NCBI GenBank assembly: GCA_003971905.1
Contig: RSEE01000040.1
Span: 496,001 to 560,000, forward strand
Length of the DNA stretch: 64,000 nt
Direction: 5' to 3'
Source: Moniliella sp. 'wahieum'
Taxonomy: Eukaryota
A program made the translations under genes and the position numbers. The notes beneath the pieces were generated by a model. The model was not told the DNA's origin. It saw only the letters and a program-made list of their open reading frames with translations, and did no database searches. This document shows, piece after piece, positions 12,889 to 25,300 of the stretch (positions are counted from its first letter, which is position 1; the number at the start of each line of letters is the position of its first letter).

Positions 12889-14250
12889 TCACCCCAACTT
12901 GTTGGCCTTCTTTGCTAACGAGTCAACCACGTCGCCCACATGCTTGAGGGTCTGTAGCGCAGCCTCGTATGTCTTGTCCTGTGGTGCCTCGTCAAAGACA
13001 ACCAGACACCCATTCCCTTGGTCCAAGATCCCATTGAACATCTTGTCCAAGATCATCTGCGACAGTTTTTGCTCCACCTCCCGCTCGGGCTGACGCACCC
13101 GTTGCGCCACATATCCAATCTCCACCCGCGAGTAGGGCTCAATCACTCGTAGCAAGTTCTGCTCCAGCAACGTGTCGTACAGCTCGGCGAGGTGATTGCG
13201 AATGATCGGATCATTGGACAGTTCCGCTTGGTACTTCTTCAATGCGGTTTCAAATGCCTCCAACGACCGTTCTTCGTGTGCCTTGGCCACGGCCGACATG
13301 GCCTCCACATCCCGCTCTGTCGCCTTCTCCACCGCAGCACCCTTGGCGCCCCATCCCTTGGCTCCCTTGACCGCCTTGGATTCGGCCACCAATGCCGTCT
13401 TGCCTTGGATAATCGCCGCCACATCCTCCGGCAGGTTAAGCATAATTTTACACAGCAGCATGTACTTGAGCGCCAGCCCTGCCCGCGGATCGTTCTGCCC
13501 AGAGAAGCCCTCCAGGGTTTCGAAAAAGTATGAGTAGGCAGTCGAGTAATCCTTGTCTTTCGCATGCAACACACCACTTTGGAGATCCAGTTGTGCCTGC
13601 AGCAAAGGCGGCGTGTACATCGCGTTGGCCGACGTACGAGCCGAAGTGAGGGCTGTCTTTGCCTTGGGGATGTTGGAAATGGCAAAGTTGACCTTCGATT
13701 CCAACAGGTGAACCTCAGTCAGGATCATCTTGTCATCCAGCTTCTTCAGTTCCTTGAGCAGTCGCTCAATTAACGGAAGCGCCTGACGGTAGTTTTTCGC
13801 CTCGTAGTACAGCGAAATCAGCTTGGTCTCAAGACTCTGCTTGAGGAAAATCCGTTTTTCCTCCTTGGCCCAGTCAATGTTTTCCTCGGTAATCCGGATC
13901 TGGGCAGCGCGGGCTGCATCGCCAGGAATGTCGCCAAACAGGTCAATGAGCTGGCGGATAGTTTTGCCGTCTTGGCCTTTGCCAGGTGTGCAAGTACAGC
14001 ATGCGAGTCGCGCACAACGCTTGCCAACGCATCCACGTCGGCCTCGTCGCAGTACAGCTGGCCAAGACGGAGAAGAGCGAGTTCCTGCTCCCAGCACGGC
14101 CTCGCCGGTGGCCGAAGACGCCTTGTCGGCCGGCGGCTGTTGCGCGAGCACAGCCTTGAGCTGCGCCTCGCCCCCGGCGCGGTCTCCGGCTTCAAACGCA
14201 GTTTCGGCAGAGGCGACGGAAGGCAAGGTGCCGGATGCGGGGGTGGCCAT
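12889..14250 (-). CDS. RPN6: 26S proteasome lid subunit Rpn6 (PSMD11)
   Basis: KAKTAK, EEKRIFLKQSLE, LKELKKLDDKMILTEVHLLESK, LDLQSGVLHA.DKDY.TAYSYFFE, LLEQNLLRVIEPYSRVEI; frameshifts in the 5' part. Confidence 0.95.
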   Translation of the reverse strand: MATPASGTLPSVASAETAFEAGDRAGGEAQLKAVLAQQPPADKASSATGEAVLGAGTRSSPSWPAVLRRGRRGCVGKRCARLACCTCTPGKGQDGKTIRQLIDLFGDIPGDAARAAQIRITEENIDWAKEEKRIFLKQSLETKLISLYYEAKNYRQALPLIERLLKELKKLDDKMILTEVHLLESKVNFAISNIPKAKTALTSARTSANAMYTPPLLQAQLDLQSGVLHAKDKDYSTAYSYFFETLEGFSGQNDPRAGLALKYMLLCKIMLNLPEDVAAIIQGKTALVAESKAVKGAKGWGAKGAAVEKATERDVEAMSAVAKAHEERSLEAFETALKKYQAELSNDPIIRNHLAELYDTLLEQNLLRVIEPYSRVEIGYVAQRVRQPEREVEQKLSQMILDKMFNGILDQGNGCLVVFDEAPQDKTYEAALQTLKHVGDVVDSLAKKANKLG

Positions 14251-14521
14251 GGTGGTGGGGGAGGCAGCAGCGGGGCCGAGCAGTGGGCCCAGCGCATCAG
14301 CCAATCGGGTGAGCCCTAGCCCACGCAACGAGTGGCCGCGTCACGCGGCCCACACTGGCGCCCCGCCGGCCGCCGCGATTCCGCCGGCGCGGATTCCGCG
14401 CCGCTGGCAGCAGCAGCAAGGACGCGTGTTGCTTGCCAGTGCTACGGGCCGTGCACGGGCCGGACGAGGGTAGGTATACCCGTCGCAGCCGCCCGCGCTC
14501 GCCCCCACCACCATCGTCATC
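14251..14521. promoter_or_regulatory. Putative bidirectional promoter between RPN6 and RPN7
   Basis: 271 bp between divergent ATGs; contains the 17-bp dyad GGCCGCGT-C-ACGCGGCC at 14334-14350. Confidence 0.6.
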
Positions 14522-15797
14522 ATGTCCGCCGACGAGGAGAGCATCCAGCCCATCCCCAACCTGCACTGGCAGCAGCTTCTCTTCACTGTCGTCACGGTGG
14601 GTATGCGGCTGCGCCCTCGTCTGCGCTCGCTGCTTCGGAGCTGCTCGCTGGCATCGAGGCCGACGAAATGGCACCCTACTATGCTGCTTTGCTCGCCGAC
14701 CCGCTCATCAGCAAGAAGTTGCCTTCTCCGGTAGAGAGCACCAGTGCCCACCACGCGTCTTCGCCTCAAGATCTGCTGGCCAAACTCGAGGAGCGGAACA
14801 AGGAGGAGCTCGCCAAGTTTGATCAGCAGCTTACCAAGGCCACCGAGGAGGAGGGCGAGATGGAGATCAACGCGGTGCTTAAGAACAAGGCGAGCTACTA
14901 TGCCAAGATCGGGGACCAAGTATGTGCATTCCTTTTTCCCTCTTTTTTCTCTTGGTTGCTGACTCGTCCCCTCTGCAGGACAAGGCGATTGCTACTACCA
15001 AGGAGGCCATCGAAAAGGGCGCTGGGCTCGGCAGCAAAATCGACTTGACTCTCGGCCTGATCCGCATCGGGTTCTTCTTTGGAAACACGTCACTTGTTAC
15101 CTCCTCGATTACAGAGGTTAAAAAGTTGGTTGAGGAGGGGGGCGACTGGGACCGGCGGAACCGGCTGAAGGTGTACGAGGGGCTCCACCTCCTCTCCGTT
15201 CGGGACTTTAAGCGGGGCGGAGAGCTGTTCCTCGAGGCTCTCTCCACGTTTACCGCCACCGAGCTGCTGGACTACCATGCGTTCGTGTCGCTGGCTGTGA
15301 TTGCAAATATGCTCGCATTGCCGCGGACCGAGCTGAAGAAGAAGATTCTGAATGCGCCCGAGGTGCTGCAAGTGATTGACGAGCTGCCGCATTTGAGGAC
15401 CTACACCCAATCCTTGTACAATGGCAATTACAAGGCCTTTTTCGAAGCGCTGGCCCAGGTCGAACAGACCTACCTCCTTCCCTCGCGCCTTCTCAATGCC
15501 CACGCACGCTACTACGTACGGGAAATGCGCATCATTGCGTATGCCCAACTACTCGAGTCCTACCGCTCCGTCACGTTGCGATCCATGGCGGATGCATTTG
15601 GGGTAACGGACGAATTTATTGACCGCGAGTTGTCCCGGTTCATTGCGTCGGCACGGCTGCCCGCAGTGATTGACAAGGTGCACGGCGTGATTGAGACCCG
15701 GCGGCCCGATTCCAAGAACGCACAGTACAACCAGATCATCAAGGATGGCGATGTGCTCCTGAACCAACTGCAGAAGCTGTCGCGGACAGCACTCTGA
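14522..15797 (+). CDS. RPN7: 26S proteasome lid subunit Rpn7 (PSMD6); intron about 14920-14979
   Basis: EMAPYY, EEGGDWDRRNRLKVYEG, STFTATEL, RYYVREMRIIAYAQLLESYRS, IETRRPDSKNAQY. Confidence 0.95.
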
Positions 15798-16393
15798 TCC
15801 GTTGCGCCGAGCAATCGCATACCAAAGGCTGCCAGGTTGCACCGTTCCGGATAGCTTGTAAAGCGAGGGGAGGATAGACAGGGCACAGACAATGCGATCA
15901 TCGCTTGCAGGCTCTCGTGGATTAACGATTAACGAACTGAGAAAAATGTTCCCGATTCAGACCTATGCATTTTCTTACCGCTGGGAGATGTGTGAATCGG
16001 CCTACTAGCGGGGCTCAGGGACAGGAGGGCGGCGCTGCAAACCCCACCAACATCACTTGCCAGGCCAAAAGAGCCCCATCGAAACAGGACTGAGCCAGCA
16101 CGTGCACCTGACCGCCACATACCACGTAGTGTATTAGCAAACCAAAGAGAAGAACACACCACTCATCTGTGCCATTGCTGTCAGTTGACAATGATGCGAC
16201 CAGTGGGGTGCTGGCCCTATTTCTCCTGTCCCCTCGTCATCTTCCACTCCATCTGGTATCTCGGGCAGAATGGGCTGCGTCTCCCATATCGGGGATGGCT
16301 ATGCACTGCCTATCCTACTCCCTGCAATGTCCTGTGCATACCAAGTTGGTAAAGAGCAAATTTCGATGTGCTGGAACCAAGGTGCGCCAACCC

Positions 16394-17632
16394 TCAGGCA
16401 GGAATGCGAATGACAACCGACAGCCAGCCGTCGGGTCCAGTAAACGCCAGCCCGAGCCAGTACAGCTGCGCTTCGAGCGGGAGTTGGACACCATGGGCAA
16501 ATGCACATGCACGTGGATGCGGACCTGCTCGTGGCGGCTCGGCCGACGCGGGAGGAAAGAGAAGCGGGAAGAGCGTGGTGAGGACCGACTGCAGCGTGGC
16601 GGGACTCTTGCCGTCCTCAGCGAGAGGCGAGACGGCTTCCTGTGCCATCCCGGCATGGTCTGGAAGATGAAAGCGCATGGGAATCGCACGCACTCCACCC
16701 ACTGCGCCGGCTCCTGGACCTGCTCCTGCGGCACCAGTGGCGGAAGGGGCCATACTGGGCGCTTCGCTTACAGCCACACTGTGCAGGGAAGCCGTGATGG
16801 AAGCTTGGCTCTCATTGGCATGGGTAGTAAGCGCGGAAGAGAGGGCGGACTTGTCTTCCAACGAACCAGCTGCGCCGCCTGCTGTAGCACGTCGTGCTGG
16901 CAGGCCCACACCCAAGGAAAACGAGGGAGGCGGATACACTTTAGCAGCCACGGCCCAGTACTTGTCAAAGTTGTCTGCCACACAAACAGCGGTCAATCCC
17001 GCGCCCGCGAATGCACACACGAGCTACAGCAAGAGAAATAACAGGCACAACGTACACTCCACAATCGCCTCCCACAGCGAGTCCTGTTCCTGGCGGCGCA
17101 AGTTGACCACCCGCTTGGTGGAGCCGTAGTGGACAAAGTCGGCCTCCTTGAGCATGGACATGAAGTGTGTCTTGCACAGTTCGGCCGTGGGCGGCGGATG
17201 CAGCGTGTCCTGCAACTTGTCCTGCGGCTTGTCGGCAATCTTGAGGGTCAAGCGCCAGGGCAGATCAGGCGGGGCCGCCGGCGCGGGCGGGGCGTCGGGG
17301 GCGGTGGGCGTGGTGGGCGTCGTACAGGACACCGACGGGCCAGTGCCACTTGAGTGGCTCGCCCGCCGCCTCGAATGAGATCTGGCGGTCCTGGATGCCA
17401 TCGAGCAGCGCCTGGGCACGACCTGCGCCAGCAGGAAGCGCCGCACCTGGGAGCAGCGAGAGCGGGAGGTAGGAGATGCGGGGAACGGTGGGTGGTGTAG
17501 TAGGCGTCGATGCTGGGGTCGCTGCCGGGCGGCAGACGCGCATCGTCACGAGGATGGCGACGGGGAGGCGGGCGTCCCAGACGGCGCGGCGGAAGAGGAA
17601 ACGTCGGCGGCGGCGGCAGGCGCGCTGGCCAT
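16394..17632 (-). CDS. ATG5: Autophagy protein Atg5; 1 intron (about 16975-17055), frameshifted
   Basis: FRRAVWD, PRISYLP, LKWHWPVGVLYD, LPWRLTL, FMSMLKEADFVHYGSTKRVVNL, IPMRFHL, HGVQLPLEAQLYWL..FTGPDGWLSVVI. Confidence 0.92.
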
Positions 17633-17821
17633 GGAGCGACACGGGGCGGGCGAGGAGATGGAGAGGGTCGGCGGGCGTCCGAGGGAGCGCCTTGGCGCCA
17701 CAGTGGGCCTCGCCTAGCCTGGCTCATGCCACGCGACCGCAGCGCCCGACTATCGATATCACTGCCACATCACATCCACACCCGCCTCCCATCACGCATC
17801 ACACACGGCAACATGCAATCC

Positions 17822-18998
17822 TTAATCCAATCCACCCTGTGGGTTCTGGTGATCCAGACACATCCCCAACCAGCGCACGGGCCAGTTTCTACGCCTCTCG
17901 GTTGCCCGCCCCACCTCGTTGCCCTCGCCCGAGCCCGGCGCCCCGCGGATGGCAAACACCTTGACTAGGTGTGTGCGCTGTGTGAACGTGTTGTCCTCCA
18001 CACGTAGCCCGCTCCCTTGAGCTCCACCATCGCCGGCACCGCGCGACCGCGCCACGCCGCCATCGAGCGTGTTGCCCGCAATCACGCCCTCGGACGTGAA
18101 CTCCTTGATATCAATTGCCTCGACGCTGGTGTTCCAGATGCGGTTGTACAGCAGTACCCGCACCCTTGTCCGATCGGTCCGGCACCAATTGCCCCCGTGC
18201 GTCGCGCGGCGTGTTGGACAGCGCCGTGCCCACATACACGCCCTCGCCATCGTCCGCCTGGGTGCGACCGTGGCCGGCGGCTTGGTCGCCGCCGAGCCCC
18301 GTGTCGTGAACGAGACAAAACTGGAGCGAGCAGCGCTGGCTTTGGTTGCGAAAGTGGACGGCTTCCATGCGTGTTTGACCGACATCGAGATGGTCAAACG
18401 CAGTCCGACGAGCCATCCACCATCAGCCCTTTCTGCCCGCCCTGCAGCACCAGACCGCGAACAGTACAAGCCTGACAGGATTGCAGAGCAACACGGTTTG
18501 CCCCCGTGGGTCGTACGCAGCACCGCGCCCGCTCCTTCGCCAGCCCCCGGACCCAGCCCAGGACCCGAGATGGTGATCCCCGTTTGGCCTCCACCGTCCA
18601 AGGTCCGCGGTACTCGCCAGGGGCTAGCACCAGCTCATCGCCCGGCTCGGCACCGAGTAGCGCCGCACGCAACTCGTCGCTGCTGCGCACGGGCACCGTA
18701 CGCACCACCGCTTGCACCGGCACCGCTGTCGGGGGAAAGTTGGTCATGAGCGACAAGCTCTACGTGATGGGCAGGGCGGGGCACGAGAAGGATGGTCGAT
18801 GGCGCGCCAGGGTGTCGGGGGACCGGGGGCGATGAGATGGTCGATGGGGCAGGGAAGGCGAGGCGGGGGTTGCGCTGGGCTGCACAGCAAGCGCTGGGTT
18901 GTACCGATGTGGCCATGCCAGCGCTCCGGGGCGACGGTGGCAAATAGGATCGACAAGCACGGCGGGGGGGCAGTGTGATCAGCGTCAACGCTCCCCAT
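17822..18998 (-). CDS. Right-handed parallel beta-helix (pectin-lyase-like fold) protein resembling bacterial polysaccharide-degrading enzymes; frameshifted
   Basis: Joined frames read ELRAALLGAEPGDELVLAPGEYRG, GGQKGLMVDGS, MEAVHFR, HDTG, GEGVYVGTA, PDRSD, EAIDIKEFTSEGVIAGNTLDG, MVELKG. Start is 18747 or 18998. Confidence 0.75.
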
Positions 18999-20200
18999 TG
19001 TGTCCCGAGCGTCCGCCTAGTTTGACCTTGAAGCGTTGAAGCTTGCCCGCTTGGTTGGAGATGGGAGAGGAGTAGGGACGAGAGACGCGAGCTAACGTTA
19101 AAAGCAGGCTGCTAGTTCCAGTTCCACGCCACTGCCTACTACTGCCTGTGCTGTCCATGCTGTCGGACCATGCCTAGCACACCCGGTCACATCGGCGACA
19201 CATCCGCCTCGAGCTGGCACAGCGAGAAAGCGAGAAAGAAGACACGTGGCACCCCCGATTTCCTGCTAAGCCGTCCACCAAACAAGAAAATATGAGGCTG
19301 GCATCGTTGTCATCCCTTGGACCAAATTGGCATATCGACGGCGAGGGTTGCCTTGTAGTAGCAGGATCATCTCCGTTTTGGGATGGGCGGCAGCAAAATG
19401 CTCCTTCGGGCGACCAAGCAAAAATGTGGAGTTATAGATGCACAGTTATTCATTATCCACTGAAGAGCTGAGATGATATTCGATGATTGGGGAACTTGCC
19501 AAACCTGTGGGCATGATACGGGGCGCATGTGCTACGCCTCGGACAGTCGTTTCGAGTTCGAGCAAAGCTAAACATTATGCACCCAAGGACCATGGTGATC
19601 TGGCCGTGGCCAAAAGCGGCCGCAATGCTATGGTCCCTACTGAGTGAAAGAGCTAGGGAGCTGATCGAGAGCTGATCCCGAGCACGGAAGGGGAACGAAA
19701 CCTTGAATGGAAGTGCTCTCACGTTAAAAGACAGGGGAGAAGCGAGCACGGGAGCACAAAGGAAGATGCAGCGCGCCGACATGAGAGCATGACGGATCAC
19801 ACACACATTCCCACAGGATGTGGGTATGATCCTTGTTCTAGATCTTCCTTGCCCCCTTTGTGTCTCTTTCCCCTCATCACGCGTCGTCTACCGTGTGATA
19901 GCTTCTCCTTCTCCTCTGGTATATAAGGCGCCATTCCATGCAGCCTGAATGAATACCTGTCGGCATCCGAAGCAATCTCCCTCCTACAGAGCAGTGTGGC
20001 CTATTAGTAGTGCTGACAGAGTTACACAAGGACTGTTCAGAGAAAGTAAGCATCTCCACAATAGCGTCGCAGCAGGCCTCCCTCCCCGAAAACTTCCCGA
20101 AACAAGACAAGGATGAGGAGAATTATAAGCGCAGGGTCGATCAGGACGGCCGCATGGCGAAGGGCAAAACGAAAGATCGCATCTAACAGCAGAGGAAGAT

Positions 20201-20716
20201 GGGCGAAAGGATGAGGATCATATTCATCGAGGAGAAAAGGGGCGAGGTATATATTACCTCGGAGAAGATGCATGGAAGTCAGGGCTGCAACACATATATG
20301 ATCATCCCCGTCTCTATGCGCACTCGCGCACTGTCCACTCGAAGCGACGGTCTCATTGCGTGGTGCGCTGGCGAGAGCGCCGGCTGGAACACTGATGGTG
20401 TTTTCTCCTCTTCCCTCTTCCCTCTTCCCTCTTGACCATAACTGATGCTGCTCCTTTGGGTTTCCATTTTGTCGTTCGGTTTCCTTTCGTTTTTTTATTG
20501 CTGCCGTCCTGGGGGCGATGTTGTCTGGACCAGACCCACATGATCACACATAGTCACCAGGTGTGCTGGACCCTGATTTGTTCTAGACCCTGTTTCTCCT
20601 TGTTTAGGCTCCCCTTTCCTTCTCCGTGTGCCTCAGATTGCATGTTCTCTTCTTCTCCGAGGCATATATACCTCGATCTCTTTCCACTCGACGAATTTGA
20701 TCCTCATCCTTTCCCC
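20201..20716. repeat. Imperfect inverted repeat, arms about 67 bp (20201-20268 and 20651-20716), spacer about 380 bp
   Basis: gaaaggatgaggatcatattcatcgag...cgaggtatatattacctcggagaaga versus the reverse complement of the right arm gaaaggatgaggatcaaattcgtcgag...cgaggtatatatgcctcggagaaga. Confidence 0.8.
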
Positions 20717-21980
20717 CCAGCGGGGCGAGCCACACGTGAACAAACAGCTTCACCTCCAGCCTGGCCGAGGCGAAAGGCAGGGAGGGCGGCCAGCCTGATG
20801 TTCGGGCTTGGTGCGCGCAGCGCTCAAGCAGCATCTACTGTAACACATTCGAGCGTTGTACACCGTGCTAGTCGCCTGCTTGAGTGCTCACTGTCCAGCG
20901 GGGATGCGCTCGGAGCAGGAGGTATATTATACAGCCTTTTATGGCGGTCTGGGCTGTTTGGGGGCCTTGGGCCTTTCCCATCGGGTGCTCGGTCCTCCTT
21001 CTCACGCGGCGCACGGACCTGAGCCAGGGCGAGCAGGAACAATGGAACATGGAAAAGACTGAACTGGGGTGGACGAGAGAGAGAGGGAGGAAGCATGCAT
21101 TAGCACTACTAAGGAATGAGAGGGAAGAGCAGTGTACAACAGCGATGTGCATGGGAGTGTTGATGCCCGTCTGAGGAAAGGCACGACACTGCTCCATAAA
21201 TCTGTTGTGCCGGGGGTGATGTTTTGGACGAACAACTGGCCGTCGTCTGATAACCCCTCGGTGGTGGTGATGATCACCATCAGCTCCCAGCTCTTGGGGT
21301 CGGGATGGGCCATCTGAAGGCAGCCACAGTGGGTCATGAGGCGCACAGCACACTGTGTTTTTTCTTCTGGATCGCTCTCTTCTCGGCACGGGTCTAGCCC
21401 AGGCGGTGTGTCTCTTAGCGGGGGAGGGTATTCGCAGCTTGCACATTACAGGCAGCGGCAGGTGCGTGCGTTTGCATTCCTGCCGCCCACGGCTGCGAGG
21501 GATGCATCCCTCGACTATTGGCTGCTAAACGAGACAGAAACGGGCCAATGTGGGTAGGCACGGCGGTGGGGTAGCATCGTTGGAGCGAAGCGTGAAGGAA
21601 GAGCGAAGGTTGTTGACATTATTGACACAAGCTGATGAGGCGGGGGGGAAGGCAAAGGTGTGCGCGCCCCAGCGCCCATGTCGATCGGATGACTGATTGA
21701 AGGGCGTCAGCAGTGGCGCCCAGGAGGGGGCGTGGGGCAGCCTGCGGCGGGCTGCGCATCACGCGCGTCACGCGTCAGGCGTCCCCCAGCGGGCTGGCGT
21801 GTGTGGGCTGGTGCTGCGCGCACACGGAGCGGGTGGAGCAGCTGGAGATCGATGCATGATGCGGCTGGCCTGCCAATCGCACACAGGCCGTCTGCCCCGG
21901 GGGGCGTGATGCATGATGGGCGGATCGGCCAGGGACGAAAGCTGGGTGAAGCTCTTCAATTAGGAAAATAGTTCACTGTG

Positions 21981-22090
21981 CTTGAAGCTTCAAGCTTCAA
22001 GCTTGAAGAGGGCGTTGGATGTGTTGATCTTTAGAGTGGGTTGCTGACTAGACTGCCTGCTGAGCGCTTGAAGCTTGAAGCTTGAAGCGT
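21981..22090. repeat. 7-bp palindrome-spacer cluster (AAGCTT core) upstream of the Num1-like gene
   Basis: cttgaagcttcaagcttcaagcttgaag; tgagcgcttgaagcttgaagcttgaagcg. Confidence 0.8.
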
Positions 22091-22332
22091 GCACCCGCCT
22101 GGTTGCCACAGGAAGCTTAATGGCCATTGCGGCGCACAGACGCCAGGGGCCGCACCGCACGGCACAGCACAGCACCGCATCTGTGTGCTGCGCGTGCATG
22201 CCAGGGCGCCTCGGCCGCGCTGCAGCCTGCGCTTATTGCAGCCAAACGCCCGCAGCGCAAACACCCGCAGCAGCGCTTGCCCGCCACCACCCCCCCCTCT
22301 CCCCCTCCCCCCGCCTACCCAGCGTCGCGGCA

Positions 22333-25300
22333 ATGCCGCCGGCAATGCACTGGGCCAGCGACGCCGACGCTGCTGCCAGCGTCCGCAGCAGCGCCACCAG
22401 CAGCAGCAGCAGCGCCAGCAGCCACTCCCCCACCCAGGACCACTCCAGCAGCCCCCACGCCGCCGCCGTCCTGGCCGCTGCGGCCCAGTGTCGCCGCCTT
22501 CTCGAGCACCACCGCTCCCACGTCGCCCAGCAAGCCCGCCCCGCGCTGCCCTCGCCGCCATCCTCGAGCACCAGCAGGCCGCCGCGAACCATGCTGGATG
22601 CGCTCGCCAGCCGGCTGCAGGCCTTCCGTCTGTCCTGCCTCGTTGCCGAGCAAGACGTACAGCGTGCGCACCAGTATGACCAATACGCATCCGCCTCCTT
22701 CTCCTCCTCCTCCCACCCTCCTCTTGTGGATGTACCGCCTGCGCTGGACATGGATGCCCCTGGGCTCATGACGCAGGTGGCCGAGCTCGAGGCCCAGATT
22801 GCCTTGGAGCAAACCCAATTCGCCCGTCAGCGCCAAGCCCTGCTCCACCGCCTCACTGTTGCCGCCCAAGCTGACACCCATGTCCCTACGGACGATGCGG
22901 ACTGGCTTGCTAGGCGGAGCATCGAGCAGGCCGATGGGCGTACCAAGGTCACCATTCACCTCCCTCCTGATTCCACCGACGAAGCAGAAGGTGACAAGAG
23001 AACCAAGCGGCTCGGCGAGCCCGCAACGCCCCCCCAATGTCTTCCCCAATGCTTTCGTCTGGTCGTGCAATGGCCAATCCCAGTCCTCTGCCAAGTGACA
23101 GCGCTAGTTCTCCCTCCCTTCTGAGCCAGCCAGCTTCGCGCGGCAAGCCGACCGCCCAGCTTGAGCTGGACAGCATCTTTGCCCGTCAGCTGCAGGACCA
23201 GCTTCTGGCTGAACTGCGCCGACTACAAGCATACATGCAGTCTTGGTCACGGCATTGGCCGACCTCAAGCAAAAGTCAGAACAGTCCATTTCCCAGCTTG
23301 AAGGTGACCTCGTAGCAGCGCGCGAGGAGCGGGCAAAGACGGCTGAGGGCTTGCAGCGCACCGTGGCAGAGCAGCAGCATAAAATCAAGGTGATCCAAGA
23401 AGGCAAAGGTATGTTCTGGTCTCTAGCACACCCATTGGGGGCATTCTATTGGTGCTGACCCTCTGCTAGAATCTGTTGTAAATGAGCTGCATGACTTGCA
23501 GCTGGCTCATCAGTCGACCCAGGACGATTTATCCGCCATACGACCCGCTCTGGCTCGGAGCGAGGCAAACATTGCTCGATTATCATCTGAACTTACCGTT
23601 ACCAGCCAAGCCGCTGCTCAGACCCGTGCTGCTTACGAAGACGAGCGCAACACGTTAAGATCCGCATTGTCTCGTCACCAGCAGCGAGCAAGTGAAGCGG
23701 AAGACCGAGCCCGTGAGGCGCTGAGAGAGGCACATGTGATCATGGGTCAGAGGGATGAGGCCCAACGTCTCCTTGCCCTCCATGCCACAACCTCTTCCCT
23801 TGGCGATACCCATCGTCTTTCCACAGGCACGCATCGGCAGAGCCGGAAGTCTGATCCTGCCGATTGGGCCACCGACACCTCCTCCCTCCGTCGAGCCATC
23901 TCAGGCCAGCGTCCCAAAACCGTTCGCATCTTCCCCAGAGTTCGTCGTCCCCAGCTATTCCAAGGACGCGTGCCAAATCGATCAAGCCTAAGAAGATGCG
24001 CCCCGCACTGTGCCATGCTTTGGAAGATGTACTTCAAACCGCACCTGCTCCTCCACCCTCTGTTTCTAAGACCATCAACCTAGGCGAACGAGACGCCCTC
24101 AGCCACAAAGAGGACATACCACAAACCGATCTATGTCCCACATCGCCTCCATCGGAAGGGACAAAAGGACCCAGGCCCAGTCCGGATTCCAACCCCGACC
24201 CGGCTCTTTTCTCGGCAGCAGCTGAGAATCTATCAGAGCAGCTCGAAGCAATCGTTAAGCAGCACGGGGCGGCACTGCGTATGCTGCTCGAAAAAGACCA
24301 GAGCGACAAGTCTGGTGTCTCGGCTGTTGGGATGGAAGGACCGAACAGCTTGGCTCTGGAACCGCTACAACCTCCTTCAGAGGCTTCGGGACAGTCGGAA
24401 GGTCGCTTTGTGGATGCCTACGAGGGTTCACGGCTTTCATCTCTGGACATTGGCACTCCCCTTCAACTGGATACCGACTCTGGATCAGCCCTGCATCTAG
24501 GCCGACAGTCGGCTGCCAGCCTTGGCTCACCCCAACAACCTCGTCCAATGAGCAGGCCCTGGACAATGGGACGCAGTATCCCCATCGGGTTGAGGAAAAT
24601 GTTGCGACGGACCAGATGGCCCGGCTTGACGAAACAGTCCAAACTGAAACGTGGCCCGTGATGCCATCTGTGTCCGTCACTCCCTCGTGTCCGCCCAATT
24701 CCCCACCTGAATTGGTGCCATCGGCATCGCATACCTCTACTGCTGGCTCTCTTCCCCCAACGCCCTCGCCGGCGAACCGCCACCGTCTTCCCTCCACCTC
24801 CGGGAAGCCATTAGCACTTCGTCCCTTGCATGCCGCCGCACAAGCGCGTATTCCCAGAGCAGAAGAAAGTTCAGCCGACGACGGTGCTGAAGCCGACGTT
24901 GAGCCTATAGGATCCCGGGCTTTCGATGATGCCACTCACCTAAGGCCCCGGCATGAGTCTAGTACTCGCAGCTCAACCGCTCGCCATGAGCACCGCTCTT
25001 CTCACGGTACCAAAAGTCTTCCTCTCATTCAAGCGAGTGCACGCCAGCAGCGCGTTTCTCACCGCTCTCTCTTCCTTCCCCCGTCACAACCATCACCAGC
25101 GCCACCAGTCCCACCGTCATCGCGATGATACCCACCCTTCTCCATCCCAACCAGATCCGCGCCAGGCGCAGATGTCTACCCCCCACGTGCTCATGTTCCA
25201 AGGAGCGCCTCGGCGGCCGAGGCCATCCTCCATGATGGTTCACGCCACTTCTCATCCAAGGGGAAACAGTCCCCTGCTCAACCCACTTTGTCGGGACGGC

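Noticed and set aside
21981..22090. Palindrome clusters as a cloning polylinker or vector contamination (HindIII, SpeI, NsiI, BglII sites)
   Set aside because: They are dispersed over many intergenic regions, degenerate, and restricted to A..T palindromes in a 7-bp phase, unlike a synthetic linker.
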